Shown one piece after another: positions 40,681 to 48,880 of a stretch of DNA of 48,880 nt. The notes under the pieces were generated by a model. The model made no database searches, had not been told where the DNA came from, and saw nothing but the letters and a program-made list of their open reading frames with translations. Source of the stretch: Bacillota bacterium. GTDB taxonomy: Bacteria > Bacillota > Sulfobacillia > JAJZYS01 > JAJYTV01. How positions within the stretch are numbered: position 1 is the stretch's first letter; every line of letters begins with the position of its first letter. The translations under genes were made by a program, and so were the position numbers. The stretch spans positions 1 through 48,880 of the forward strand of contig JAJZIE010000001.1 in NCBI GenBank assembly GCA_021810725.1. The letters are read 5' to 3'.

Positions 40681-41625
40681 GTGGGATACCGCGACGGTGA
40701 GCTCAAGATCTTCTCCGGAAGTGCCAATCCGGCCCTGGCCCAGGCAATCGCCCAGCAGATCGGCGTGCCGCTTGGGGACATGCAGATCGGGCGCTTCTCG
40801 AACGGCGAGGTGCGCGTCATGATCCGCGACAACGTGCGCGGATGCGACGTCTTCGTCATCCAGCCGACCTGCGACCCCGTGAACGAGAACCTGATGGAAC
40901 TGCTCGTGATGCTCGACGCGTTCCGCCGCGCGTCACCGCAGCGCGTGACGGCGGTCATCCCGTTCTACGGCTACGCGCGCCAGGACCGCAAGACGTCTGG
41001 ACGCGAGCCGATCACCGCCAAGCTGGTTGCGAACCTGCTCACGACGGCCGGCGCGGACCGCATCCTGACGATGGACCTGCATGCGCCGCAGATCCAGGGG
41101 TTCTTCGACATCCCTCTCGACCATCTCCTGAGCGTGCCGATCCTCGCCAAGTACTTCCGCGACCTCGGCCTCAAGGACGGCATCATCGTCGCGCCGGACG
41201 CCGGCGGCGGCAACCGCGCGCGCGATCTTGCCGAAAGGCTGGACATGCCCATCGGCTTCATCGACAAGCGCCGGCCGGAGCCGGGCGTCAGCGAGGTGAC
41301 GCACGTCATCGGCAAGGTGCGGGACCGCACCTGCATCATGGTCGACGACATGATCGACACCGGCGGCACGATCGCCGCCGCGTCGGTGGCTCTCCTCGAG
41401 CACGGCGCGCGGGAGATCTACGTCGCCTGTACCCACCCGGTGCTTTCGGGCCCAGGCATGGCGCGCCTGCAGGCCGCGCCGATTCGCGAGGTGGTCGTCA
41501 CGGACTCGATTCCCCTGCGCGCCGACGCGGGCCAGCGCTTCCGCGTGCTGTCGGTCGCCCCTCTTCTCGGCGAGGCGATCACGCGCATCCACGAGGACGA
41601 GTCGGTTTCGTTGCTCTTCCAATGA
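40681..41625 (+). CDS. prs: Ribose-phosphate pyrophosphokinase
   Basis: IFSGSANPALA; YARQDRK; DLHAPQIQGFF; VDDMIDTGGT. Confidence 0.95.
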   Translation: MGYRDGELKIFSGSANPALAQAIAQQIGVPLGDMQIGRFSNGEVRVMIRDNVRGCDVFVIQPTCDPVNENLMELLVMLDAFRRASPQRVTAVIPFYGYARQDRKTSGREPITAKLVANLLTTAGADRILTMDLHAPQIQGFFDIPLDHLLSVPILAKYFRDLGLKDGIIVAPDAGGGNRARDLAERLDMPIGFIDKRRPEPGVSEVTHVIGKVRDRTCIMVDDMIDTGGTIAAASVALLEHGAREIYVACTHPVLSGPGMARLQAAPIREVVVTDSIPLRADAGQRFRVLSVAPLLGEAITRIHEDESVSLLFQ

Positions 41626-42203
41626 GCGGGGCGCCGCGGCTCCTCTGCGGGCTCGGCAACCCGGGACTTGAATACCACGGCACGCGGCACAACATCGGCT
41701 TTCGCGTGCTCGACACCTTTGCGCGCGAAGAACGCTTCGCGTTCCGCCGCAGCCCCTACCAGGGGTACCTCGCGAAGGGCAGCGGCCCGTCGCCGCTCTA
41801 CCTGCTCAAACCGACCACCTTCATGAACCTGTCGGGGCGATCTGTGCGCCAGGCCGTCCACGCGCTGGGCATCGCCCCGGAGGAGATCCTCTGCGTCTGC
41901 GACGACCTCGACCTGCCCACTGGCCAGATCAGGCTGCGCGCCGAGGGCAGCGCAGGTGGGCACAATGGATTGAAGTCGATCATCTCGGAGCTCGGCACGC
42001 AGCGCTTCGCCCGCCTGAGGATCGGTATCGGCCGGCCGCCGGACGATGACGTGGTGCGGTTCGTGCTCGGGGCGGCCCGCGGCGAGGACGCGGTGCGCCT
42101 CGCGTGGGCGGTGGATCTCGCGGTGCAGTGCCTGCGCACCGCGGCCACAGAGGGCATCGAGGCGGCCATGAACGCATTCAACGGCCGCAGCTATCCTGCA
42201 TAG
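41622..42203 (+). CDS. pth: Peptidyl-tRNA hydrolase
   Basis: GLGNPGLEYHGTRHNIGF; GGHNGLKS. ATG overlaps the prs stop (ATGA). Confidence 0.92.
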   Translation: MSGAPRLLCGLGNPGLEYHGTRHNIGFRVLDTFAREERFAFRRSPYQGYLAKGSGPSPLYLLKPTTFMNLSGRSVRQAVHALGIAPEEILCVCDDLDLPTGQIRLRAEGSAGGHNGLKSIISELGTQRFARLRIGIGRPPDDDVVRFVLGAARGEDAVRLAWAVDLAVQCLRTAATEGIEAAMNAFNGRSYPA

Positions 42204-42248
42204 GTAGGGAGTGGCAGCGCCGCATGGCGCTGCGGTGGGGGGACGCGA

Positions 42249-45200
42249 TTGGAGCTCACGGCACTGTGGCACAGTGCCCCTGAGTATCGGGCCTTGCGCC
42301 AGGGACTCCGGGGCGCTCCGACGGAACAACTGGTGGTTGGCCTGCAGGGGGCGGAACGCGCCTACCTGGTGGCCGCGCTTTTGCGTGAGCGGCCGGTGCC
42401 GGCCCTATGGCTCCTGCCGTCGCCTCAGGCCGCCGAGCGCCTGCAGGCCGATCTGTCGACGCTCCTGCCCGATCGCGAGGTGCTCTACTATCCGGAGCGC
42501 GAGGTATTGCCGTTCGAGGTGATCGCCGAGTCCAAGGGGCGCGTCGCGGCCCGCCTGCACGCGCAGTCCAGACTCCTCGCCGGGCGCGACGTGGTGGTGG
42601 TGGCGTCGCTCGAGGCCGCGATCTCGCGCCTGACACCACCCGACGTGGCCCGCGCCGCCGCGCTCGGGCTCAAGGCGGGCGATCGCCTGGACCTCAGGCG
42701 CACCGAGGCCGCGCTCGCGAGCCTCGGCTACGTGCGTGAGGAGAGAGTGGACGCGCCTGGCCAGTTCGCGGTGCGCGGCAGCATCCTCGACGTCTTCGGC
42801 CTTGGCGAGAGCGCCCCGGTCCGCGTCGACCTGTTCGACGACGAGATCGAGAGCCTGCGCACCTTCGACCCGGAGACGCAGCGATCGCTGGAGAGGGTCC
42901 AGGAACTCTCGGTCGGGCCGGCGAGCGAACTTGTGCTCTCGGAGCAGGTGGCCAAACAGGGCCTTACCCTGATCCGGCGCGAGCTTGCGCTGCAGATCGC
43001 GAGGCTGCGCCGCGCCGAACGGCCGGACATCGCCGGGCGGCTCGAGGAGCGCATCGGCCACGTCGTCGAGAGCTGGGACGGCGTGCCGGGCGGACAGGGC
43101 GCGGAGCGCTTCCACGCCTTCTTCTACGGCACCGGCGCGAGCCTCGTCGACTACCTGCCGGAGGATGGTCTTGTGCTCATCTCGGATCCCGACCGGTCCT
43201 GGGAGGCGGCACGCGCCGCGCACCGCCTGGCCCAGGACCGTTCGCTCGCGCTGCTCGGCGAGGGCGCGATGCTCCCCCGCCAAGGCGAGGTGCTCGTGCC
43301 CGAGCCGGACGTCGAGACGGCGCTCAGGCGTCATCACCGCATCGCCTTCACGATCCTGGCGCGGCGCATCGGCCAGTCTACGCTGGGCAGCGTCGTCTCG
43401 ATCGCGTCGCGGCCGGTCGAGAACTTTCAGGGCCAGTGGCCGCTCTTCCTCAAGGAGCTCGAGCGGCATCGCGATGGCGGCTATCGCGTCGTACTGCTCG
43501 CGTCGACGCCCGAGCGCCATCTGCGTCTCCGCCAGGAACTGCAGAAGAACGGAGTGGAGCCGAGGGAGGGCACCCTGCTCGACGCGCCCGAGCCAGGCGA
43601 GGTGCTGCTGGCGCCCGCCGCCCTGCAGAGCGGTTTCCACCTGCCGGGTCTCGCGCTCTGGCTCTTGAGCGACGGCGAAGTGTTCGGCCGGGAGAAGCGC
43701 CGGACCGTTCGGCCGAGGAGCGCGGAAGAGGGCCAGAAGCGCCTGCGCAGCACGGCTGAGCTCAGGCCGGGCGACTACGTCGTCCACGTCCATCACGGCA
43801 TCGGCCGCTACCTCGGCATGCGCGCGATGGAGATCGAGGGCGTGCGCAAGGAATACCTCCACCTCAGCTACGCCCAGGGCGACAAGCTCTACGTGCCGGT
43901 GGACCAGATCGACCTCGTCCAGAAGTACGTCGGCCAGGAGGGGCAGGAACCGCGCCTCTACCGGCTGGGCGGCAACGACTGGCACAAGGTCAAGGCGCGC
44001 GTCAAGACGTCGGTGCGCGAGATGGCCGCGGAACTCCTCGAGATCTACGCACGCCGCGAGGCCACGCCGGGCCACGCCTTCTCGGCTGACGGCGAGTGGA
44101 TGCAGAAGCTCGAGGACGCCTTTCCCTACGAGGAGACGCCGGATCAGCGCAGGGCGATCGAGGAAGTCAAGCGGGACCTCGAGCGCCCGCGACCGATGGA
44201 CAGGCTGCTCTGCGGCGACGTCGGCTACGGCAAGACGGAAGTGGCGGTGCGCGCGGCCTTCAAGGCGGCGCTCGACGGGCGGCAGGTGGCGGTGCTTGTG
44301 CCGACCACGATTCTCGCCCAGCAGCACTTCAACACCTTCCAGCAGCGCTTCGCCGGATTCCCCGTCGAGGTGGAGCTGTTGTCGCGCTTCAGAAGCCCCA
44401 AGGAGCAGGCCGATGTCCTGAGGCGCCTCAGGCGCGGCAGCATCGACGTGCTGATCGGCACGCACCGCCTGCTGGCGCAGGACGTCCAGTTCCACGACCT
44501 CGGTCTCGTCGTCGTGGACGAGGAGCAGCGCTTCGGCGTGCGCCACAAGGAGCGGCTCAAGGCCCTGCGGGCCAGCGTCGACGTCCTGACGCTCACGGCC
44601 ACGCCGATTCCGCGCACCCTGCACATGGGCCTCGTCGGCCTCAGGGACCTTTCGACGATCGACACGCCGCCCGAGGACCGCTTCCCCGTGCAGACGTACG
44701 TCGTGGAGTGGGGCGAGGAGCTTGTCCAGGACGCTCTGAGGCGTGAACTGGGACGCGGCGGCCAGGTGTTCTACGTGCACAACCGCGTGCAGACGATCGA
44801 GGCGGCGCAGCTGATGTTGCAGCGTCTCGTGCCGGAGGCTCGGGTCGCGGTCGCGCACGGCCAGATGCCGGAGCACGTGCTGGAACAGACGATGCAACAC
44901 TTCCTCGACGGGGAGTACGATGTGCTCCTTTCCACGACGATCATCGAGTCCGGACTCGACATGCCGCGGGTGAATACGCTGATCGTCGAGGACGCGGACA
45001 GGCTCGGGCTGTCGCAGCTCTATCAGCTGCGTGGCCGCATCGGCCGCTCGAACCGGCTTGCCTACGCCTACTTCACGTACCGCCGCGACCAGGTGCTGAG
45101 CGAGGTGGCCGAGAAGCGGCTGGAGGCCATCCGCGAGTTCACGGAGTTCGGCGCCGGGTTCAAGCTCGCGATGCGGGACCTCGAGATCCGTGGCGCGGGT

Positions 45201-45773
45201 AACATCCTCGGCGCGGAGCAGCATGGCTTCATCGTCGACGTCGGCTTCGACCTCTACAGCCAGATGCTCGAGGAGGCCGTGCAGGAGCTCAAGGGCGAGG
45301 CGCAGCCGGAGCACCACCTGCCGTCCCTCGACCTGCCGGTGGACGCCTTCGTGCCGGCCGACTACGTGCAGGACCCCCGTCAGAAGGTCGAGATCTACAA
45401 GCGCCTCGCGGCAGCTCAGGATGCCCAGGAGGTCCAGGACCTCTACGAGGAGGTGGAGGACCGCTTCGGCCAGATGCCGGAGCCGGTCCAGAGCCTCTTC
45501 CGCGTCGCGGGCATACGCCTGCGCGGCGAGGAGCTCGCCGTCAGCGGCATCCGGCGCGAGCGCGGCGAAGTGGTGCTGAGCATGCGCAGCCTTGGCGCCG
45601 TCTCGCGCGAGCGGCTCAAGGAGCTGCCGGTGCGGTATCGCGGGCGTGCGACGGTCTTCGCGGGGCAAAGCCCCTATGTGGCCCTCAGACTGCCGGGAGC
45701 ATCGGGTCCCGAGATGCTGACCGCGATCGAGGAGCTCTTCGACTTCCTGCGGCCGAGTCAGGCGACCGCGTGA
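42249..45773 (+). CDS. mfd: Transcription-repair coupling factor
   Basis: CGDVGYGKTEVA; VVDEEQRFGV; TATPIPRTL; LRGRIGRS; full length (1174 aa). Confidence 0.95.
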   Translation: MELTALWHSAPEYRALRQGLRGAPTEQLVVGLQGAERAYLVAALLRERPVPALWLLPSPQAAERLQADLSTLLPDREVLYYPEREVLPFEVIAESKGRVAARLHAQSRLLAGRDVVVVASLEAAISRLTPPDVARAAALGLKAGDRLDLRRTEAALASLGYVREERVDAPGQFAVRGSILDVFGLGESAPVRVDLFDDEIESLRTFDPETQRSLERVQELSVGPASELVLSEQVAKQGLTLIRRELALQIARLRRAERPDIAGRLEERIGHVVESWDGVPGGQGAERFHAFFYGTGASLVDYLPEDGLVLISDPDRSWEAARAAHRLAQDRSLALLGEGAMLPRQGEVLVPEPDVETALRRHHRIAFTILARRIGQSTLGSVVSIASRPVENFQGQWPLFLKELERHRDGGYRVVLLASTPERHLRLRQELQKNGVEPREGTLLDAPEPGEVLLAPAALQSGFHLPGLALWLLSDGEVFGREKRRTVRPRSAEEGQKRLRSTAELRPGDYVVHVHHGIGRYLGMRAMEIEGVRKEYLHLSYAQGDKLYVPVDQIDLVQKYVGQEGQEPRLYRLGGNDWHKVKARVKTSVREMAAELLEIYARREATPGHAFSADGEWMQKLEDAFPYEETPDQRRAIEEVKRDLERPRPMDRLLCGDVGYGKTEVAVRAAFKAALDGRQVAVLVPTTILAQQHFNTFQQRFAGFPVEVELLSRFRSPKEQADVLRRLRRGSIDVLIGTHRLLAQDVQFHDLGLVVVDEEQRFGVRHKERLKALRASVDVLTLTATPIPRTLHMGLVGLRDLSTIDTPPEDRFPVQTYVVEWGEELVQDALRRELGRGGQVFYVHNRVQTIEAAQLMLQRLVPEARVAVAHGQMPEHVLEQTMQHFLDGEYDVLLSTTIIESGLDMPRVNTLIVEDADRLGLSQLYQLRGRIGRSNRLAYAYFTYRRDQVLSEVAEKRLEAIREFTEFGAGFKLAMRDLEIRGAGNILGAEQHGFIVDVGFDLYSQMLEEAVQELKGEAQPEHHLPSLDLPVDAFVPADYVQDPRQKVEIYKRLAAAQDAQEVQDLYEEVEDRFGQMPEPVQSLFRVAGIRLRGEELAVSGIRRERGEVVLSMRSLGAVSRERLKELPVRYRGRATVFAGQSPYVALRLPGASGPEMLTAIEELFDFLRPSQATA

Positions 45774-45908
45774 GAAAATTGTCGGATTAGGACGGCTTGA
45801 CCCCCCGAAAGGCGATTTGAACCCCGAAATCTCTAGCAAGCCTGCCGACCGGCCTCCGGACGAGGAGGACGGCCCTTAGGTGTGGCCTGCAGGAACTGGA
45901 AAAATCCT

Positions 45909-45938
45909 GCATAGGGCGCAGGGGGGCTAAATATACTA
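45909..45938 (+). promoter_or_regulatory. Candidate forespore-type (sigma-G/F-like) promoter GCATA-N17-ATATACTA upstream of spoVT
   Basis: Read directly. B. subtilis spoVT is sigma-G dependent (established knowledge). Confidence 0.3.
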
Positions 45939-45973
45939 CGGTTGGCAAAACTACCGGCCGAGGGGGGAGCAGG

Positions 45974-46531
45974 GTGAAGGCTACCGGAATCGTTCGCCGC
46001 ATCGACGATCTCGGCCGAGTGGTGATTCCCAAGGAGATCCGTCGGACCTTGCGGATCAGGGATGGCGACCCGCTCGAGATCTTCGTGGATCGCGACGGCG
46101 AAGTGATCCTCAAGAAGTACTCGCCGATCGGTGAGCTTGGCGAATTCGCCAAGGAGTACGCAGACTCCCTGAACGAGGCGGTCGGGCACATCGCCGTGAT
46201 CGCCGACCGCGACGCAGTCATCGCCGTCGCCGGCGCTCCGAAGAAGGAGTTCCTCAACAAGGCGGTAGGGTCCCTGACGGAACGCTGCATGGAAGACCGG
46301 CAGGTATACGTCGGACCGCGGCCTGGCGAGAAGCCGAAGGGCGCCCTCATCGGCGACGAGGAGGACGAGACGCGCTTCACGTCCATGGTGGTGGCTCCGA
46401 TCATCGCCGAAGGCGACCCGATCGGTGCGGTCATCCTCTGCACGAAGGAACCGAACGTGCAGATGGGCGACATGGAGCGCAAGCTGGCCGAAACGGCCGC
46501 CGGGTTCCTCGGCAAGCAGATGGAGCAGTAA
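45974..46531 (+). CDS. spoVT: Stage V sporulation protein T (AbrB/SpoVT-family regulator with GAF-like C-domain)
   Basis: MKATGIVRRIDDLGRVVIPKEIRRTLRIRDGDPLEIF...GDPIGAV. Confidence 0.88.
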   Translation: MKATGIVRRIDDLGRVVIPKEIRRTLRIRDGDPLEIFVDRDGEVILKKYSPIGELGEFAKEYADSLNEAVGHIAVIADRDAVIAVAGAPKKEFLNKAVGSLTERCMEDRQVYVGPRPGEKPKGALIGDEEDETRFTSMVVAPIIAEGDPIGAVILCTKEPNVQMGDMERKLAETAAGFLGKQMEQ

Positions 46532-46546
46532 ACAAGAGCAGAAGGT

Positions 46547-46590
46547 GCATGAACAAGGGGGGAGCCGCGCGGCTCCCCCCTTGTTCATGC
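46547..46590. terminator. 44-nt perfect palindrome; bidirectional terminator between the convergent spoVT and acyl-CoA synthetase genes
   Basis: gcatgaacaaggggggagccgc / gcggctccccccttgttcatgc are exact reverse complements. Confidence 0.65.
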
Positions 46591-46652
46591 CCAGCTTTGG
46601 CGCTCGGCGTGTTGACGCCATCCGGGGCCAAGCCGGACGGACCTGCCCCCCG

Positions 46653-48248
46653 TCAGGCGTCCTTGGCAGCCCACTCCTGCTGGCGCAGCTCGACCCGGCG
46701 GATCTTGCCGGAACTCGTCTTCGGCAAGGACTCGACGAAGTCGATCTTGCGCGGGTACTTGTAGGGAGCGGTCACGCGCTTGCAGTGCTCCTGAAGCTCC
46801 CTGGCCAGTTCATCGGTTCCCTGGTAGCCCTGGCGCAGGGTGACGAAGGCCTTCACGATCTCGCCACGGTCGGGATCGGGCGAGCTGACGACCGCCGCTT
46901 CCAGGACGGCGGGGTGTTCGATCAGCGCGCTCTCCACCTCGAAGGGGCCGATGCGGTAACCCGAGGAGATGATGATATCGTCGGCCCGGCCGACGAACCA
47001 GAAGTAGCCGTCGTCGTCGCGGTAGGCGCGGTCGCCGGTGACGTAGTAGCGGCCGCGGCGGGTCGCACGCGTGGCCTCCTCGGCCCGCCAGTAGCCCGCG
47101 AAGATCGAAGGGGCGTCATCGCGCACGGCGACGTCCCCGACCTCGCCCGGCTCCGCCTCGTCGCCGCCGTCCGTGAGCACCCGCACGTCGTGCCCGGGGG
47201 TGGGCAGACCCATGGAGCCGGGCCGGACCTCGAGCTCGGGATGGTTCGCGACTAGGCAGACCGTCTCGGTCTGGCCGTAGCCGTCGCGGATCGTGACCCC
47301 CGTCGCGTCGCGCCAGAGCCGGATCACCTCGGGATTGAGGGGCTCGCCCGCCGCGACCGCGGTACGGACGTGACTGAGGTCGTACCGGGAGAGGTCCTCC
47401 TTGACGAGCAGGCGGAATTCGGTCGGCGGGGCGCAGAGCGCGGTGACGCCCTGGCTCGTGAGGATCTCGAGGTGCCGACGAGGCTCGAAGCGCCCTTCGT
47501 ACATGAAGGTCGGCACGCCGAGCTCCCACGGTCCGAAGAGCACGGACCAGGCGGCTTTCGCCCAACCCGTCGCCGAGGTGGACCAGAAGAGGTCCTGCGG
47601 CGTCAGGCCGATCCAGTAGCGGGCGGTGACGCGGTGGCCGATCGGGTAGCGGTGCAGGTGCAGCACCGCCTTCGGCTCGCCGGTGGTACCGGAGGTGTAG
47701 TAGCAGAGGGCGGGGTCGTCGCTGCGGGTGCGCACGGCGGGAGAGCCGGACGGCACCTCGCGCATCTCGAGGTCGAGCGGGCGGAAGCCCTGGCGCTCGC
47801 CATAGGCCACGTACCGCAGGGGCGGCGCGTCCTCGCCCAAGGCCTCGACGACCGGCGCGAGCTCGGGCGTCGTGACGATCGCCTTGGCCCTCGAGTGCTT
47901 CGTGCGGTAGAGGAGGTCGCGCGGCCGGAGCATCTCCGAGCACGGGATGGCGAGCGCGCCGATCTTGAGCGTCGCGACCATCGTCTGGTGCCAGGCGGGA
48001 ATCTTGGGCAGGACGATCAGCACGCCATCGCCGCGCCCGACACCGTCGCGGCGCAGGACATGACCGATGGCGTCCGAGGCCTCGGCCATGTCACGGAACG
48101 AGTACGCCCGCACCGCACCGTCCTGCGCCATGAAGCGCAGAGCCGGCCGATCCTCCTCCGCAAGCCGATCTACCACATCGGTGCCAAAGTTGTAGTACTC
48201 CGGGATTTCCCAGTGAAAGGCTTCGTAATCCTCCTTGTAACTCGCCAT
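46653..48248 (-). CDS. AMP-dependent acyl-CoA synthetase (medium-chain type)
   Basis: YYTSGTTGEPKAV; DGYGQTE; YVTGDRAYRDDDGYFWFVGRADD; SSGKIRR. ATG at 48248 lies 6 nt after GGGAGGTG. Confidence 0.85.
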   Translation of the reverse strand: MASYKEDYEAFHWEIPEYYNFGTDVVDRLAEEDRPALRFMAQDGAVRAYSFRDMAEASDAIGHVLRRDGVGRGDGVLIVLPKIPAWHQTMVATLKIGALAIPCSEMLRPRDLLYRTKHSRAKAIVTTPELAPVVEALGEDAPPLRYVAYGERQGFRPLDLEMREVPSGSPAVRTRSDDPALCYYTSGTTGEPKAVLHLHRYPIGHRVTARYWIGLTPQDLFWSTSATGWAKAAWSVLFGPWELGVPTFMYEGRFEPRRHLEILTSQGVTALCAPPTEFRLLVKEDLSRYDLSHVRTAVAAGEPLNPEVIRLWRDATGVTIRDGYGQTETVCLVANHPELEVRPGSMGLPTPGHDVRVLTDGGDEAEPGEVGDVAVRDDAPSIFAGYWRAEEATRATRRGRYYVTGDRAYRDDDGYFWFVGRADDIIISSGYRIGPFEVESALIEHPAVLEAAVVSSPDPDRGEIVKAFVTLRQGYQGTDELARELQEHCKRVTAPYKYPRKIDFVESLPKTSSGKIRRVELRQQEWAAKDA

Positions 48249-48403
48249 CCAAGCCACCTCCCGCAACCCTTTGGGCCAGGGATTCGCACTCGTTTGGCGA
48301 AGACCTGCGGCGCACGTGATGCTCCAAATGGACACTCCCGCGGGGCCGTTTGGCAGGTGCCACGCACCTTGCCCAGGCGCCGCGGAGGGAGGAGGACTTC
48401 GTC

Positions 48404-48703
48404 TTGGTGCAACTGGTCGCGCTTTATAGGCCGCCTGAGGACAAGGAGGCATTCCTGCGCCGCTACCGCACCGAACATCTGCCGCTTGCGGCCAAGATGC
48501 CGGGACTCGTGTCCATGGCGGCGGGGCCGCTCGATCAGCTTGGGATGGAGCTGCCCTACTGGTACATGGCCACGCTCGACTTCCCGGACCGCGACACCCT
48601 GATGGCCAGCCAGCGTGCGCCGGAGAGCCGGGCGGCCCTCAAAGCCCTCATGGCGTTCGCGCAGGGGCTCGTCGACTTCGCCGTACGGGAGGTCGAGGAA
48701 TGA
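48404..48703 (+). CDS. EthD-family protein
   Basis: VQLVALYRPPEDKEAFLRRYRTEHLPLAAKMPGL matches the EthD-family N-terminus. TTG lies 8 nt after GGAGGGAGGAGG. Confidence 0.6.
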   Translation: MVQLVALYRPPEDKEAFLRRYRTEHLPLAAKMPGLVSMAAGPLDQLGMELPYWYMATLDFPDRDTLMASQRAPESRAALKALMAFAQGLVDFAVREVEE

Positions 48704-48880
48704 CCGACGAAGCCGCAGGCGAGCCGCTCGTCCTGGTCGACAGGCGGCCGCCGGTCGCGGTCGTCGCGCTCAATCGGCCCAAGGTGCGCAACGCACTCTC
48801 CTTCGCCTTGATGGAGGCCCTGGCCGCGGCATTCTCGGACCTCGACCGCGACCCCGAAGTGCGCGCGATCGTGCTGACGG
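48700..48880 (+). CDS. Enoyl-CoA hydratase/isomerase (crotonase) family, 5' part only; runs off the window
   Basis: VAVVALNRPKVRNALSFALMEAL...DPEVRAIVLT. ATG overlaps the EthD stop (ATGA). Confidence 0.75.
   Translation, partial: MTDEAAGEPLVLVDRRPPVAVVALNRPKVRNALSFALMEALAAAFSDLDRDPEVRAIVLT

Noticed and set aside
42405-45839. 1144-aa minus-strand ORF antisense to mfd
   Set aside because: Same artefact. Mfd on the plus strand is unambiguous.
1-48880. Scan for CRISPR arrays, tRNA/rRNA genes, IS elements and tandem repeats
   Set aside because: I found no regularly spaced repeats, no tRNA-like T-arm (GGTTCGAATCC-type) strings and no transposase-like translations. The GC-rich hairpins are isolated and differ from one another in sequence.

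Overview
The window is a high-GC (judged by eye) chromosomal segment. All homology calls come from motif recognition and the supplied ORF translations; no searches were run.

Backbone. The gene order matches the Bacillus-type arrangement metS-yabD-yabE-ksgA-veg-ispE-purR-glmU-prs-pth-mfd-spoVT. This includes a Met T-box leader and the sporulation regulator SpoVT. The source is therefore probably a high-GC spore-forming Bacillota lineage (Symbiobacterium/Thermaerobacter/Limnochordia-like; inference).

Accessory blocks sit inside and to the left of this backbone:
- a BNR-repeat lipoprotein
- a TldD/PmbA pair
- an archaeal-type glucose dehydrogenase plus GH15 pair
- a five-gene envelope operon encoding the DprE1/DprE2/UbiA decaprenyl-phospho-arabinose-type pathway
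- tag plus a methyltransferase
- cyanophycin synthetase and cyanophycinase, inserted between veg and ispE
- fatty-acid genes at the right edge

Most unusual region. A minus-strand array at about 15.7-24.1 kb has two tightly coupled gene runs. The first is a tail-less SSB, a VirB2/Maff2-like mini-protein, a small VirB6-like membrane protein, a PrgI/VirB3-like protein and a divergent DapB paralogue. After a 513-bp structured spacer comes a compact VirB4 ATPase, CpaB, a TadZ-like protein, a TadA/VirB11-like ATPase and two half-size TadB/TadC proteins.

The window contains no relaxase, coupling protein, cell-wall hydrolase, Flp pilin, prepilin peptidase, integrase or flanking tRNA. I flag this as a candidate undescribed hybrid T4SS/Tad DNA- or filament-translocation system. 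It may be analogous to ComB or the archaeal Ced/Ted DNA-import machines (inference).

Many very long antisense ORFs in the track are high-GC artefacts and were rejected. No rRNA, tRNA, CRISPR array or transposase was recognised.
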